Assembly: GCA_964589775.1 (NCBI GenBank)
Contig: CAZPUN010000003.1
Location: 1-27,464, forward strand
Direction: 5' to 3'
DNA: 27,464 bases
DNA from: an uncultured archaeon
GTDB taxonomy: Archaea; Asgardarchaeota; Thorarchaeia; Thorarchaeales; CAZPUN01
Shown: piece after piece, positions 1-8,543 of the stretch
Layout: every line of letters begins with the position of its first letter
How positions within the stretch are numbered: the stretch's first letter is position 1
Made by a program: the position numbers and the translations under genes
Notes under the pieces: model-generated
Told to the model about the DNA's origin: nothing
Seen by the model: the letters and a program-made list of their open reading frames with translations, nothing else
Databases searched by the model: none

Positions 1-2
1 AT

Positions 3-1028
3 ATAAATCTAACACCAACATCACCTGATTTATTTAAAATATATATTGATACAGATTTCAATAATGAAACTGGCAGTGCAAAAGGATATAGTTATCAAAT
101 TCAAATTAATGCAAGCGGAAGTACACTTTATGAATGGAACAACCAATGGGTCCCCAAACAAGCGACAATAAAATACAATAGTGTCAATAATTCTTTGATA
201 GTTTCAATTTTGCAATCAGATATAAACATACACAATAAAATGGAATATGAGATCTCAACATACGATGGCTATTTTGGAGATACAACGGGAAGAACACTAT
301 ACAATTCACCATGGAGTCCGGTAATATACTCTGCAACAATTAATCCAATAAACCTTGTTTTAACGATGTCATTCTATGATAGAGATAGTAGGAATACAGA
401 AATTACAGTTTATGCAAAATGGGTGTATATACTCTCAGTTATCCAAACAAAAGAAGTTAATCCATCTTCAAACACATTTTCAATTGATTTGATCACTACT
501 AGTAAATCCAGCACATTCGGAACTCTAATCCAAATAAGGATAATTGACACTGATCTCGGAATCGAAGAAACACCATACTTTGTAGCACGATATACAAATG
601 AGAAAACTTACATTCAAGTTTCAGCAACAATTAATGAATCGGTAGTATTTATCCCATTTTTAGGGATTGGAAAAATCACAGGGGAAGTTAATGTCAGCGA
701 CCATACAGTAATAGAAAACATATACATTTGTTTCCAGCATAATAATGAGTGGAACAATAAATCATTATATATGGAATCGGACAATATCAAGTTTGAAATT
801 GATGTTACCACATGGCAAAACGGAAATTATACAGCTTATGTTCATGCGGAAACAAAATCTGGAGAAAGTATTACACTTGAAATTGGAACAGTAACAATAA
901 TTCACGAATCCCCACTTAGGATTTTATCGATAATCGGTATAGTAATAATATCAACATATTTGATAGTTTCATATATACGCGATAGAAGACTTGCAAAAGA
1001 AATAACGGAAAAGAGATTATCGGCTTGA
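3..1028 (+). CDS. 5'-truncated secreted/surface protein with beta-rich (DOMON/Ig-like) domains and a C-terminal TM anchor
   Basis: The frame is open from nt 3 (INLTPTSPDLFKIYIDTDFNNETG...), so the true start lies upstream of the window and the listed TTG at 195 is internal. IYIDTDxNxxTG is typical of DOMON/CBM9-like extracellular domains. IDVTTWQNGNYTAYVHAE looks like an Ig-like module. It ends in a hydrophobic helix (ILSIIGIVIISTYLIVSYI) plus a basic tail and has many N-x-S/T sequons. Confidence 0.8.
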   Translation: MNLTPTSPDLFKIYIDTDFNNETGSAKGYSYQIQINASGSTLYEWNNQWVPKQATIKYNSVNNSLIVSILQSDINIHNKMEYEISTYDGYFGDTTGRTLYNSPWSPVIYSATINPINLVLTMSFYDRDSRNTEITVYAKWVYILSVIQTKEVNPSSNTFSIDLITTSKSSTFGTLIQIRIIDTDLGIEETPYFVARYTNEKTYIQVSATINESVVFIPFLGIGKITGEVNVSDHTVIENIYICFQHNNEWNNKSLYMESDNIKFEIDVTTWQNGNYTAYVHAETKSGESITLEIGTVTIIHESPLRILSIIGIVIISTYLIVSYIRDRRLAKEITEKRLSA

Positions 1029-1037
1029 TTGCCGAAC

Positions 1038-1050
1038 TTTTTTCTTTTTA
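1038..1050 (+). terminator. oligo-T terminator
   Basis: TTTTTTCTTTTTA about 10 nt after the stop of the first gene, a typical archaeal T-tract. Confidence 0.5.
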
Positions 1051-1059
1051 ATTATTGAC

Positions 1060-1217
1060 TTACTTTCCGCATTAAGATGTATGAGTTTTGCATATAGGCT
1101 ATCCATTAGTAGCCATTTCACGCATATACGCGCCGTGCCCCGATGAGGGATCTTGTTATCGCTCCATCTTTTTGAGGGCGTCTTTGGATGCGCTGCATGC
1201 ATTCGAGTGGCACTCCT
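1060..1217 (-). ncRNA. candidate structured ncRNA (alternatively a 61-aa sORF at 1017..1202)
   Basis: About 56% GC over 1121-1216 by hand count, inside an AT-rich intergenic gap. Several stems pair better on the minus strand (G-U instead of A-C). TATA-like TATAATAAA at 1237-1245 (minus). Confidence 0.3.
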
Positions 1218-1427
1218 AAATCCTCAAATTAGTTGATTTATTATATGTATACACTGTTATGAACTATTCTGAGATTCATCACCGTTTTCTTAAAGCAATA
1301 CTTTCTCCCAGAGTATTTGTAATATATCTATCAAATATGAAATATTTAATTTTGCACAAATAAAACAAGATATCTGTATTAAAAAAAGAAATTAGGGACT
1401 TATAACCCCTTACATTTTTGACACAAT

Positions 1428-4229
1428 TTACAATGGTTCTAATAATGGACCATAGTCGGACGTATTCGGTTTCTTACGCATTACATAGATTTCAAATATG
1501 ACAATCAATGCAGCTATAGACATTGAGACAATCACAACTTCGATTAAAGATGGTGGCACTTGAAATGAATATAATCGGTAATGAGTGATGAACATTCTAG
1601 ATTGCCCATTTACATCTGTTGCATTTACGATGATTATCCATGTACCTACAGCATCAAGCAATATAGATCCACTGTACTTGTAGCCTAATGATTCTGTAAG
1701 TGATAAATTAATCACTGTTCGATTGGGCGCAATTATGTACATAGATACTTCAGAAATATCGCAATCATCAAAAACATAGGCAGAAATATTATTACGCTCA
1801 TGTAATTTACCGGGTTCAACAGAAATACTGTAAATACGAGGTCGGGAGACATTTAATGCATTAGCAATATTATGTAATAATGCAAGATTGTCCGCACCTT
1901 TTTTAGATGCGGTTGATAAAACGTTATCATACATTGTACTACCATCACTAACAGCAATAACCATGCCTTTTCCCTTATGAGCATAAGCCACAATAGCATG
2001 AGTACGCTCATTATCTGCCCAGATAACACCTTTCGCACCTGCCACAGATGGATCTACATGGAACGTACTGCCATATAGTACGTAGATATTTTGAACATTT
2101 TGAGTCAAAGTGTCATTATCAACCGCACCGACATAATCATTACCATAAATTACACCGTCTGGATTATCTCCAATAGCATATTGCTCACAGGAAATACCAT
2201 AAGGTGCCAAGATTTCATTATAAAACGAAAAGCCAAAAGAGGGCATATGAGAACTTGTATTAAAGAATTCGGAGAATATTAGGAGAATACCGCCGTCTTC
2301 AACAAATTTGTGAATCTCAGCAATTTCGCTATCAGTATACGCAGCTTCTGTATCCATGATTAGATAAAAATCACTGTTAATTAAAGAAACATTAGTTATT
2401 TCCTGATAATCCTCATAATATATGATTCCACGGTCTTCTAGGTAACTTGTAAAGAAACTATATGAGCTGATGCTATCAGGGTCTGATGCTGATTGATGCC
2501 ACATATCTACACCGAGACGACCACCAAAGATTCGATTTTGTAGCTCAATATATATTTGTCCCACTATTTTACTAGACTCAGAAACATTAATCCAACCGGT
2601 ATAATCACCCACATCACTCAACGGAAGCTCTCGATCGAAATCCATACTAATAGGAATAAAGTTTAAGCCAACGTGAATATCATACTCAAGTGCAGATAAT
2701 TTCACCCATCTACTGGCGTTTCCAGAAATATCGAAGCTTATATGGGCCGGTTTTGTTGCAATAATTGTTATATTTGATGGTTTAAAATTCTTATCTACAA
2801 TTATATGCATTTTCCCATTTGGTAATGTTGGATATCGTCTAGGCTGTATTACAATAAGGCCGGCAGGTAATTCATCAATTAATTCTAGAGACTTTGTAGC
2901 GTTTACTAATCCACTTCCCTGAATCATAGAATCCAAACCTAAATCTGAAGCACCAGCAGTGAGTAATGCCTTGACTTCAGTTTGTGTGAGGTTATGTTGT
3001 TTTTGTAGTAATATTGCTGTAATGCCAGAAACAATTGGTGCGGCGGCAGAAGTCCCACTGAACCAGCAGTAGTATGGTCCATATTGTGAATAGTTCGCGT
3101 AAGGATACTCATATACATTTGCAGTATGAGAACGTCCAGAAAATAATAAGACACCGGGAGAAACAACATCAGGTTTAGTATACATATTATAATAAGAAGA
3201 ATTTTGGATTAATACTGGACCGCGTGATGAAAAAGCTGCAACTGCATTTGAACCCTCACTAGCACCGACAGAAATAACCTCAGGTATATTTCCCGGAGAT
3301 TGAATACTCATAGAAAGCGGACCACTATTTCCTGCTGCAGCAATTACAATAGTTCCATGAGCTATTGCAGATTTTACGACATCCAAGAATGGATTATTAG
3401 AAGAAACATCATATGGAGCACCGAGAGATAAACTAATAATATCTGCACCATGCTCCCATGCGTACTCAATACCTTTTGCAATATCAATATCCGAACCTGA
3501 ACCTGTAGAATCTAGAACTTTTATGGATAATAACTTTGCACCAGGTGCCATACCACGATACTTTAGTCCATTTTCATATCCACTACCTGCAGCAAGCCAT
3601 GCACATGCTGTCCCATGCCCATTGTCATCATATGAATCACTGGGCGAATTCCCACTATCAGTTTTAACATAGTCTTTAAACCCAATAATTTTACCAGATA
3701 AATCAGGATGTGCATAATCAATACCAGTATCTACAATTGCAATTGTAATTCCAGTTCCATTATATCCTTGATCCCATGTATCATATACATCAGTTATATT
3801 TTCGGGAGATAGATAATCGGAAGTTATGTTTACAGGAGCCGACACACTATCAACATTCTTAAGAAAATTATATACATGCTCCATTGAAACACGCACTACC
3901 GATCTAAATCCAGCAATTTGATTCACTTGCTTATATGGAGTTCTAACAACTACTGCAGGAATCAATTTAAAAGCATATTCGATATGGTCTGAAGGAATAC
4001 CTATGGATAATAAATAATTCACTCGCGAATCGACAGTTGGTTTGTTTATATAGATAATTAAACGTCCGTACATATCGGGATTTCTTTCAACCAATTCCAT
4101 TAAATCAGAATCTATCTTTGGATTTGTATAATTCGTAGTATTAACTGATAAAGCGTTTCCAACAATTGGATAAATTGATGATACGAGAAATACAAAAGTA
4201 ATTAGGATCGCAAGATTTCTTGATCTCAT
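1428..4229 (-). CDS. membrane-anchored S8 (subtilase) serine protease with S1P/MBTPS1-like architecture
   Basis: Signal peptide, then propeptide. Catalytic motifs IAIVDTGID, HGTACA and SGTSAAAP, with oxyanion AAGNSGP. These are followed by an Ig-like segment, a DUF4350/GATase-like alpha/beta domain, a second Ig-like segment and a C-terminal TM. Start placed at ATG 4229 behind GGGAGAG. Confidence 0.92.
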   Translation of the reverse strand: MRSRNLAILITFVFLVSSIYPIVGNALSVNTTNYTNPKIDSDLMELVERNPDMYGRLIIYINKPTVDSRVNYLLSIGIPSDHIEYAFKLIPAVVVRTPYKQVNQIAGFRSVVRVSMEHVYNFLKNVDSVSAPVNITSDYLSPENITDVYDTWDQGYNGTGITIAIVDTGIDYAHPDLSGKIIGFKDYVKTDSGNSPSDSYDDNGHGTACAWLAAGSGYENGLKYRGMAPGAKLLSIKVLDSTGSGSDIDIAKGIEYAWEHGADIISLSLGAPYDVSSNNPFLDVVKSAIAHGTIVIAAAGNSGPLSMSIQSPGNIPEVISVGASEGSNAVAAFSSRGPVLIQNSSYYNMYTKPDVVSPGVLLFSGRSHTANVYEYPYANYSQYGPYYCWFSGTSAAAPIVSGITAILLQKQHNLTQTEVKALLTAGASDLGLDSMIQGSGLVNATKSLELIDELPAGLIVIQPRRYPTLPNGKMHIIVDKNFKPSNITIIATKPAHISFDISGNASRWVKLSALEYDIHVGLNFIPISMDFDRELPLSDVGDYTGWINVSESSKIVGQIYIELQNRIFGGRLGVDMWHQSASDPDSISSYSFFTSYLEDRGIIYYEDYQEITNVSLINSDFYLIMDTEAAYTDSEIAEIHKFVEDGGILLIFSEFFNTSSHMPSFGFSFYNEILAPYGISCEQYAIGDNPDGVIYGNDYVGAVDNDTLTQNVQNIYVLYGSTFHVDPSVAGAKGVIWADNERTHAIVAYAHKGKGMVIAVSDGSTMYDNVLSTASKKGADNLALLHNIANALNVSRPRIYSISVEPGKLHERNNISAYVFDDCDISEVSMYIIAPNRTVINLSLTESLGYKYSGSILLDAVGTWIIIVNATDVNGQSRMFITHYRLYSFQVPPSLIEVVIVSMSIAALIVIFEIYVMRKKPNTSDYGPLLEPL

Positions 4230-4318
4230 GCTTCTCTCCCACATTAACATAATATTGATTAATGTTAGGAATATTCTTTTATAAATTATTTCAATTATTA
4301 CTTATGGAGGTTGATATA
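4230..4318. promoter_or_regulatory. divergent promoter region
   Basis: 89-bp gap between head-to-head genes with a near-palindromic TTTTATAAA (about 4277-4285) and an SD motif on each strand (GGAGGT at 4306-4311 on +). Confidence 0.5.
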
Positions 4319-4609
4319 ATGAGTAAACAGAACTATTTTAGGCGGCTTATACTAAAACACTTTTACGAAGATAGCGATAAGAAAAAGCATCGCACATTCC
4401 TTGAAGTACAATTACAAGCACCAACCAAAACCGATGAAGGTTGGATAAATGATGGAAAGATTCGTTTAGCAATTGGTGAAGACAAAGACATTAAAGCTGC
4501 ATTTATACTCTCGGTAGATGAAGCTTTAAGGCTTGCAAAAGCATTAGAACTAGCAGTTGAAGATCATGAATCAGACATTATAGATTATTACGCAGGATAT
4601 AAAAAGTAG
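4319..4609 (+). CDS. small hypothetical protein (96 aa), possible PC4/Whirly/PUR-like fold
   Basis: SD GGAGGT before ATG 4319 (MSKQNYFRR...). Pattern of beta-strands followed by one C-terminal helix (FILSVDEALRLAKALELAV). Lies 10 bp before the esterase gene. Confidence 0.75.
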   Translation: MSKQNYFRRLILKHFYEDSDKKKHRTFLEVQLQAPTKTDEGWINDGKIRLAIGEDKDIKAAFILSVDEALRLAKALELAVEDHESDIIDYYAGYKK

Positions 4610-4619
4610 GCGAGAAATA

Positions 4620-5363
4620 ATGTCTGAAGATATTTCAAAACATGCAGATGAATTTTTATTAAAGGGAAACAAAATTGGCGTTATGCTTATTCATGGCGTT
4701 ACAGGAATTCCAGAAGAAATGCGTCTGTTGGGGGAATATCTGAATTCAAAAGGCGCAACAGTTTATGGAGTTAGAGTTGCGGGACATGGAACTACTCCTG
4801 AAGAACTATCAAAATTAAAGTGGAAGGATCTATACAATTCTGTAGAAGAAAAATTAGAGATATTAAAGATGCAAAATGTTTCAACAATTATAGTCGGGGG
4901 ACTCAGCATGGGCGGTATGCTTACGCTTGCACTCGCAGAAACGCAACCGGTCATGGCAAAAATTTTCACGCTATCTACACCACTTGAAATCAAAGATTGG
5001 AGAATAAAACTAATTCCGTTAATTAAGCCGTTTATTAAATACTACAAGAAAGAACCCGAAGATGAAATTAATGGACTGCCCCACTATTCATATCCTGTAA
5101 TACCGCTCGCGACAATTTATGAACTATATAAGGCAGGAAAATACATTAAGAAGAACCTTCAAAAAATAAAGCAACCAATCTTAATTATACATTCAAAAGC
5201 AGATCCAAGCGTCGATATTTCAAATGCACAGGCAATTTATGATGGAGTATCATCAAAAGAGAAGCATCTACTATTTCTAGAGAAATCGGGTCATGTAATC
5301 ACAAAAGACGTAGAAAAGGAGAAAGTGTTTGAAGCTGTTGCAGATTTTGTTTTCAGTGAATAA
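4620..5363 (+). CDS. alpha/beta-hydrolase, carboxylesterase/monoacylglycerol lipase (YvaK/Est30-like)
   Basis: HGVTG oxyanion motif, GHGT, nucleophile elbow GLSMGG, acid in HSKADPSV and catalytic His in KSGHVIT. Confidence 0.92.
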   Translation: MSEDISKHADEFLLKGNKIGVMLIHGVTGIPEEMRLLGEYLNSKGATVYGVRVAGHGTTPEELSKLKWKDLYNSVEEKLEILKMQNVSTIIVGGLSMGGMLTLALAETQPVMAKIFTLSTPLEIKDWRIKLIPLIKPFIKYYKKEPEDEINGLPHYSYPVIPLATIYELYKAGKYIKKNLQKIKQPILIIHSKADPSVDISNAQAIYDGVSSKEKHLLFLEKSGHVITKDVEKEKVFEAVADFVFSE

Positions 5364-5365
5364 AT

Positions 5366-6649
5366 TCACTTTCTCCATGTTTTTAGAGAACTAACTGCAG
5401 ATAGAATGTCCGGAATAATCTTGTGTGTTGTATGATGTGTTTCATGTAGAAATCCGTACATTGTAGCTCCAATGAATCTCAAAATTCCACTGGCGATCAT
5501 CATATAAAATACAGCAAGATACTGACCTACGAATTGGGCTATGAAATCACCCATAATTCCTGAGAATAAGCTACCAAATAAGAAAATAAAACCTGAAAAA
5601 ACATTATATACGGACAAATAACCACCCAATTCTTCCTCGGGAGACGCATCGAATATGTATGCCATAAGCGCATTTTGTGATAAAGCCACAGAGAACCCAG
5701 CTAATGCAGCTCCAAAATAGATTAAGTACATATCAGTTGCTAGGACGTAAATTATTGGCACAAAGGGTAACAAAAATCGCCCGGCAAGTATTAAGGGCTT
5801 CCTACCGTATTTATCGGACAATCGTCCAAAGTAAGATTGGAAGATTATCATTGTAATAGACATCATAGCGGATTGAATCGCAATTTCAAGTAATGACGCC
5901 TTTAGCCAGATTCTAAGAACCACTGAGAAGAAAGGCCATGCCATAGACATAGCAAATGAGAAAAATGCGGAGACAAAACAAAGCCTACGGAAGTCCCCAG
6001 GCTTCCTAAATATTGTCAAAATTGGTGGAAATATCGAACGAGCTTTTCTAAGTTCAGGACTACGTTCAGGCTCGCGAATGCGAAGTGCTATTATACCAGC
6101 CAATATACCAACAATTGATGAAATTGTAAATGGCAGAAAGTATTGATCCTTCCATCCGCCAAAGATAGTCATTCCTGACAAAATACCCCCGGAAAGAGTA
6201 GCGATGAGCCCAGCTATTGAAGCAAGTGTCCCTATCCGTCCCAATAAATGACCTCGTTTATTTGCAGGTATTAGCTCTCCTAACAGTGCACTCCAAGTAG
6301 GTATTGAGATCGATAAGATTACCGATTGGATAAAGAACAGTATAATAACTTGAACAGGTAGTTCAAGAAAGTACATTACAGTAAAGAGCAAATAAGCGAT
6401 ACTGACGCCAAAAGATACATAGTATTTTCGATGACCAGTTCGATCCGATAATCCACCCCAAATTGGTTGTAGGAATGTAGGTGCAATATTACCTACCGCA
6501 CGAAAAATACCTAGTTCTGATAAAGTAGCACCCATATCAATCATATAAGTAGTAGTAAATGGATTTGCAATCCCACCCGCAAAACTATTAAGCGAAGCAG
6601 TGATATAAACTTCTTTAGGAAGATCGGTTTCATAGTCATCTTTTTCCAC
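5366..6649 (-). CDS. MFS transporter
   Basis: About 12 hydrophobic segments, with MFS motif A twice (GGLSDRTGHRK and GRLSDKYGRK). GTG start behind AGGAG. Confidence 0.93.
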   Translation of the reverse strand: MEKDDYETDLPKEVYITASLNSFAGGIANPFTTTYMIDMGATLSELGIFRAVGNIAPTFLQPIWGGLSDRTGHRKYYVSFGVSIAYLLFTVMYFLELPVQVIILFFIQSVILSISIPTWSALLGELIPANKRGHLLGRIGTLASIAGLIATLSGGILSGMTIFGGWKDQYFLPFTISSIVGILAGIIALRIREPERSPELRKARSIFPPILTIFRKPGDFRRLCFVSAFFSFAMSMAWPFFSVVLRIWLKASLLEIAIQSAMMSITMIIFQSYFGRLSDKYGRKPLILAGRFLLPFVPIIYVLATDMYLIYFGAALAGFSVALSQNALMAYIFDASPEEELGGYLSVYNVFSGFIFLFGSLFSGIMGDFIAQFVGQYLAVFYMMIASGILRFIGATMYGFLHETHHTTHKIIPDILSAVSSLKTWRK

Positions 6650-6745
6650 GTTCGCATCTCCTGAAAATGAATGTTTATTTTTAGAAATGAACTATATAAT
6701 ATATACGACGATATATGCAAATTAAATGAAAGGAGAGATGTCAAA

Positions 6746-7417
6746 ATGAAAATGCTAGTAGCTTCAGACATCCACGGAAACTATGGAATTGCACAGAAAC
6801 TGTCTGTAATAGCAACAAACGAAGAAGTTGAAGCTATTTTGATTTTAGGAGACATTACCCATTTTGGTACATTTGAGGATGCTGAATACATCTTAAAGCT
6901 CTTTAGCGATACAGAAATCGAAACATTCTATATACCGGGAAATGTAGATTCACGCGTTTTATTGAAAAAGCCAATCAATCTACCATATATAAGATATACA
7001 CACGGAAAAGGACATATAATTGCAGATATAACAATCGTTGGTGCAGGTGGATCAATACCAACACCATTTAATACTATGATAGAATTCTCGGAAGATACAC
7101 TAGAAAAAATCTTGGAAGACGGGATCAAAGACCTGGATGGTAAGAAGATTGATGTATTAATGACACATACGCCACCATATGGTACTGCATTAGACCTTGC
7201 AGGAAAAATCGAACATGTCGGCAGTAAAATTGTCCGTAAGACCATAGAAAAATATCAACCAGTTATTTCATTATCTGGACATATACATGAATCCAGAGCA
7301 ATTGATCGAATCGATAAAACATTGCTAATTAATCCAGGTGCAGCTGCATTGGGATATTATGCATTAATCGAAGTAACTCACGATTCTGCAGAAGGAGAAC
7401 TAAAAATAGCAGTGTAA
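6746..7417 (+). CDS. calcineurin-like metallophosphoesterase (Icc-related)
   Basis: Motifs SDIHG, LGDIT, PGNVD, THTPP and SGHIHE. Start placed at ATG 6746 behind AGGAGAG. Confidence 0.92.
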   Translation: MKMLVASDIHGNYGIAQKLSVIATNEEVEAILILGDITHFGTFEDAEYILKLFSDTEIETFYIPGNVDSRVLLKKPINLPYIRYTHGKGHIIADITIVGAGGSIPTPFNTMIEFSEDTLEKILEDGIKDLDGKKIDVLMTHTPPYGTALDLAGKIEHVGSKIVRKTIEKYQPVISLSGHIHESRAIDRIDKTLLINPGAAALGYYALIEVTHDSAEGELKIAV

Positions 7418-7436
7418 AAAATTTCTTTTCTCTTTT

Positions 7437-8534
7437 TTATTCCCATGGTATCTTATCATTAATTTCCAAAAGTTCGTCTAATTGTTTTAGCAATTCTTTT
7501 TGTTTTTTATTCAATTTCTTGGGTATATCAATATAAACCATAACGTGTTGGTCTCCACGTCCCCAACTATCTATGTGTTTTACACCTTTTCCACGCAATC
7601 TGAACCACGTATTAGATTTCGTTCCCGGTGGAATCTTAATTTTTGCTTTACCTGTTAATGTAGGTACAATAATTTCACCGCCAAATACTGCAGTAGTAAA
7701 TTTGATTGGAACTTCTAATAATATATCATCACCATCGCGCTTGAAGAATTTATGAGGACGCACATGTATTACAACCAGCAAATCTCCAGGAGGCCCACCA
7801 AGATATCCAGGATCACCTTCGCCTCTTAAGCGTAATGTAGAATTCTCATCGACCCCTTCAGGAATGTCAATTGCTAATTTTTGTTTTTTCTTAATTTGTC
7901 CTGAGCCACGACATTTTGGACATGGATGGTCGATTATCTGCCCAGTTCCTTTACATGTAGGGCATGGCCCTTGCGTTATTATTTGCCCAAAAGCGGAACG
8001 TTGAATATGCTGAGCAACACCGGAACCATGACACGTAGGACATACACGTGGGCTAGTACCGGGCTTTGCACCAGAACCATGACACGTAGGACATACTACA
8101 AAACGCTCAACTTCAATTTCCTTTCGAGTCCCAAAAACGGCTTCCTCAAAATCTATAGTAATATCAATTCGTCTGGATCTTCCTTTTCTGGGGCGTCTTG
8201 AACTTGTAGCACCACCAAAGAATGCATCACCAAAAAATTGAGAGAAGAGGTCTCCGAACCCTGAGAAATCGAATCCTCCACTGCCCTGAGGGCCGAAACC
8301 TTCGAAATCGGCAGTACCAAATCGGTCATAACGGGCACGTTTCTCAGGGTCACTAAGAACCTCATATGCCTCATTTATCTTCTTCAATTTTTCTTCGGCT
8401 TCTTTATCGCCTGGATTTCTATCCGGATGGTAGAGCTTGGCAAGTCGCCTATATGCTTTCTTAATTTCATCTTGTGATGCATCTCGACTAACTCCTAATA
8501 TTTCATAATAGTCCTCATCTGCCAAGCTTACCAT
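7437..8534 (-). CDS. dnaJ: chaperone DnaJ (class A)
   Basis: J domain with HPD, a G/F-rich region, four CxxCxGxG repeats and the C-terminal domains. Confidence 0.98.
   Translation of the reverse strand: MVSLADEDYYEILGVSRDASQDEIKKAYRRLAKLYHPDRNPGDKEAEEKLKKINEAYEVLSDPEKRARYDRFGTADFEGFGPQGSGGFDFSGFGDLFSQFFGDAFFGGATSSRRPRKGRSRRIDITIDFEEAVFGTRKEIEVERFVVCPTCHGSGAKPGTSPRVCPTCHGSGVAQHIQRSAFGQIITQGPCPTCKGTGQIIDHPCPKCRGSGQIKKKQKLAIDIPEGVDENSTLRLRGEGDPGYLGGPPGDLLVVIHVRPHKFFKRDGDDILLEVPIKFTTAVFGGEIIVPTLTGKAKIKIPPGTKSNTWFRLRGKGVKHIDSWGRGDQHVMVYIDIPKKLNKKQKELLKQLDELLEINDKIPWE
8023..8096 (+). repeat. perfect 23-bp direct repeat inside dnaJ
   Basis: GAACCATGACACGTAGGACATAC at 8023-8045 and 8074-8096, encoding the first two VCPTCHGS zinc knuckles. 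Confidence 0.9.
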
Positions 8535-8543
8535 CTCCTACGC

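Noticed and set aside
1081-1236. Plus-strand frame with an in-frame TGA followed by CAAC (possible selenoprotein)
   Set aside because: It is the antisense mirror of the 61-aa ORF, has no SD and does not resemble a known selenoprotein family.
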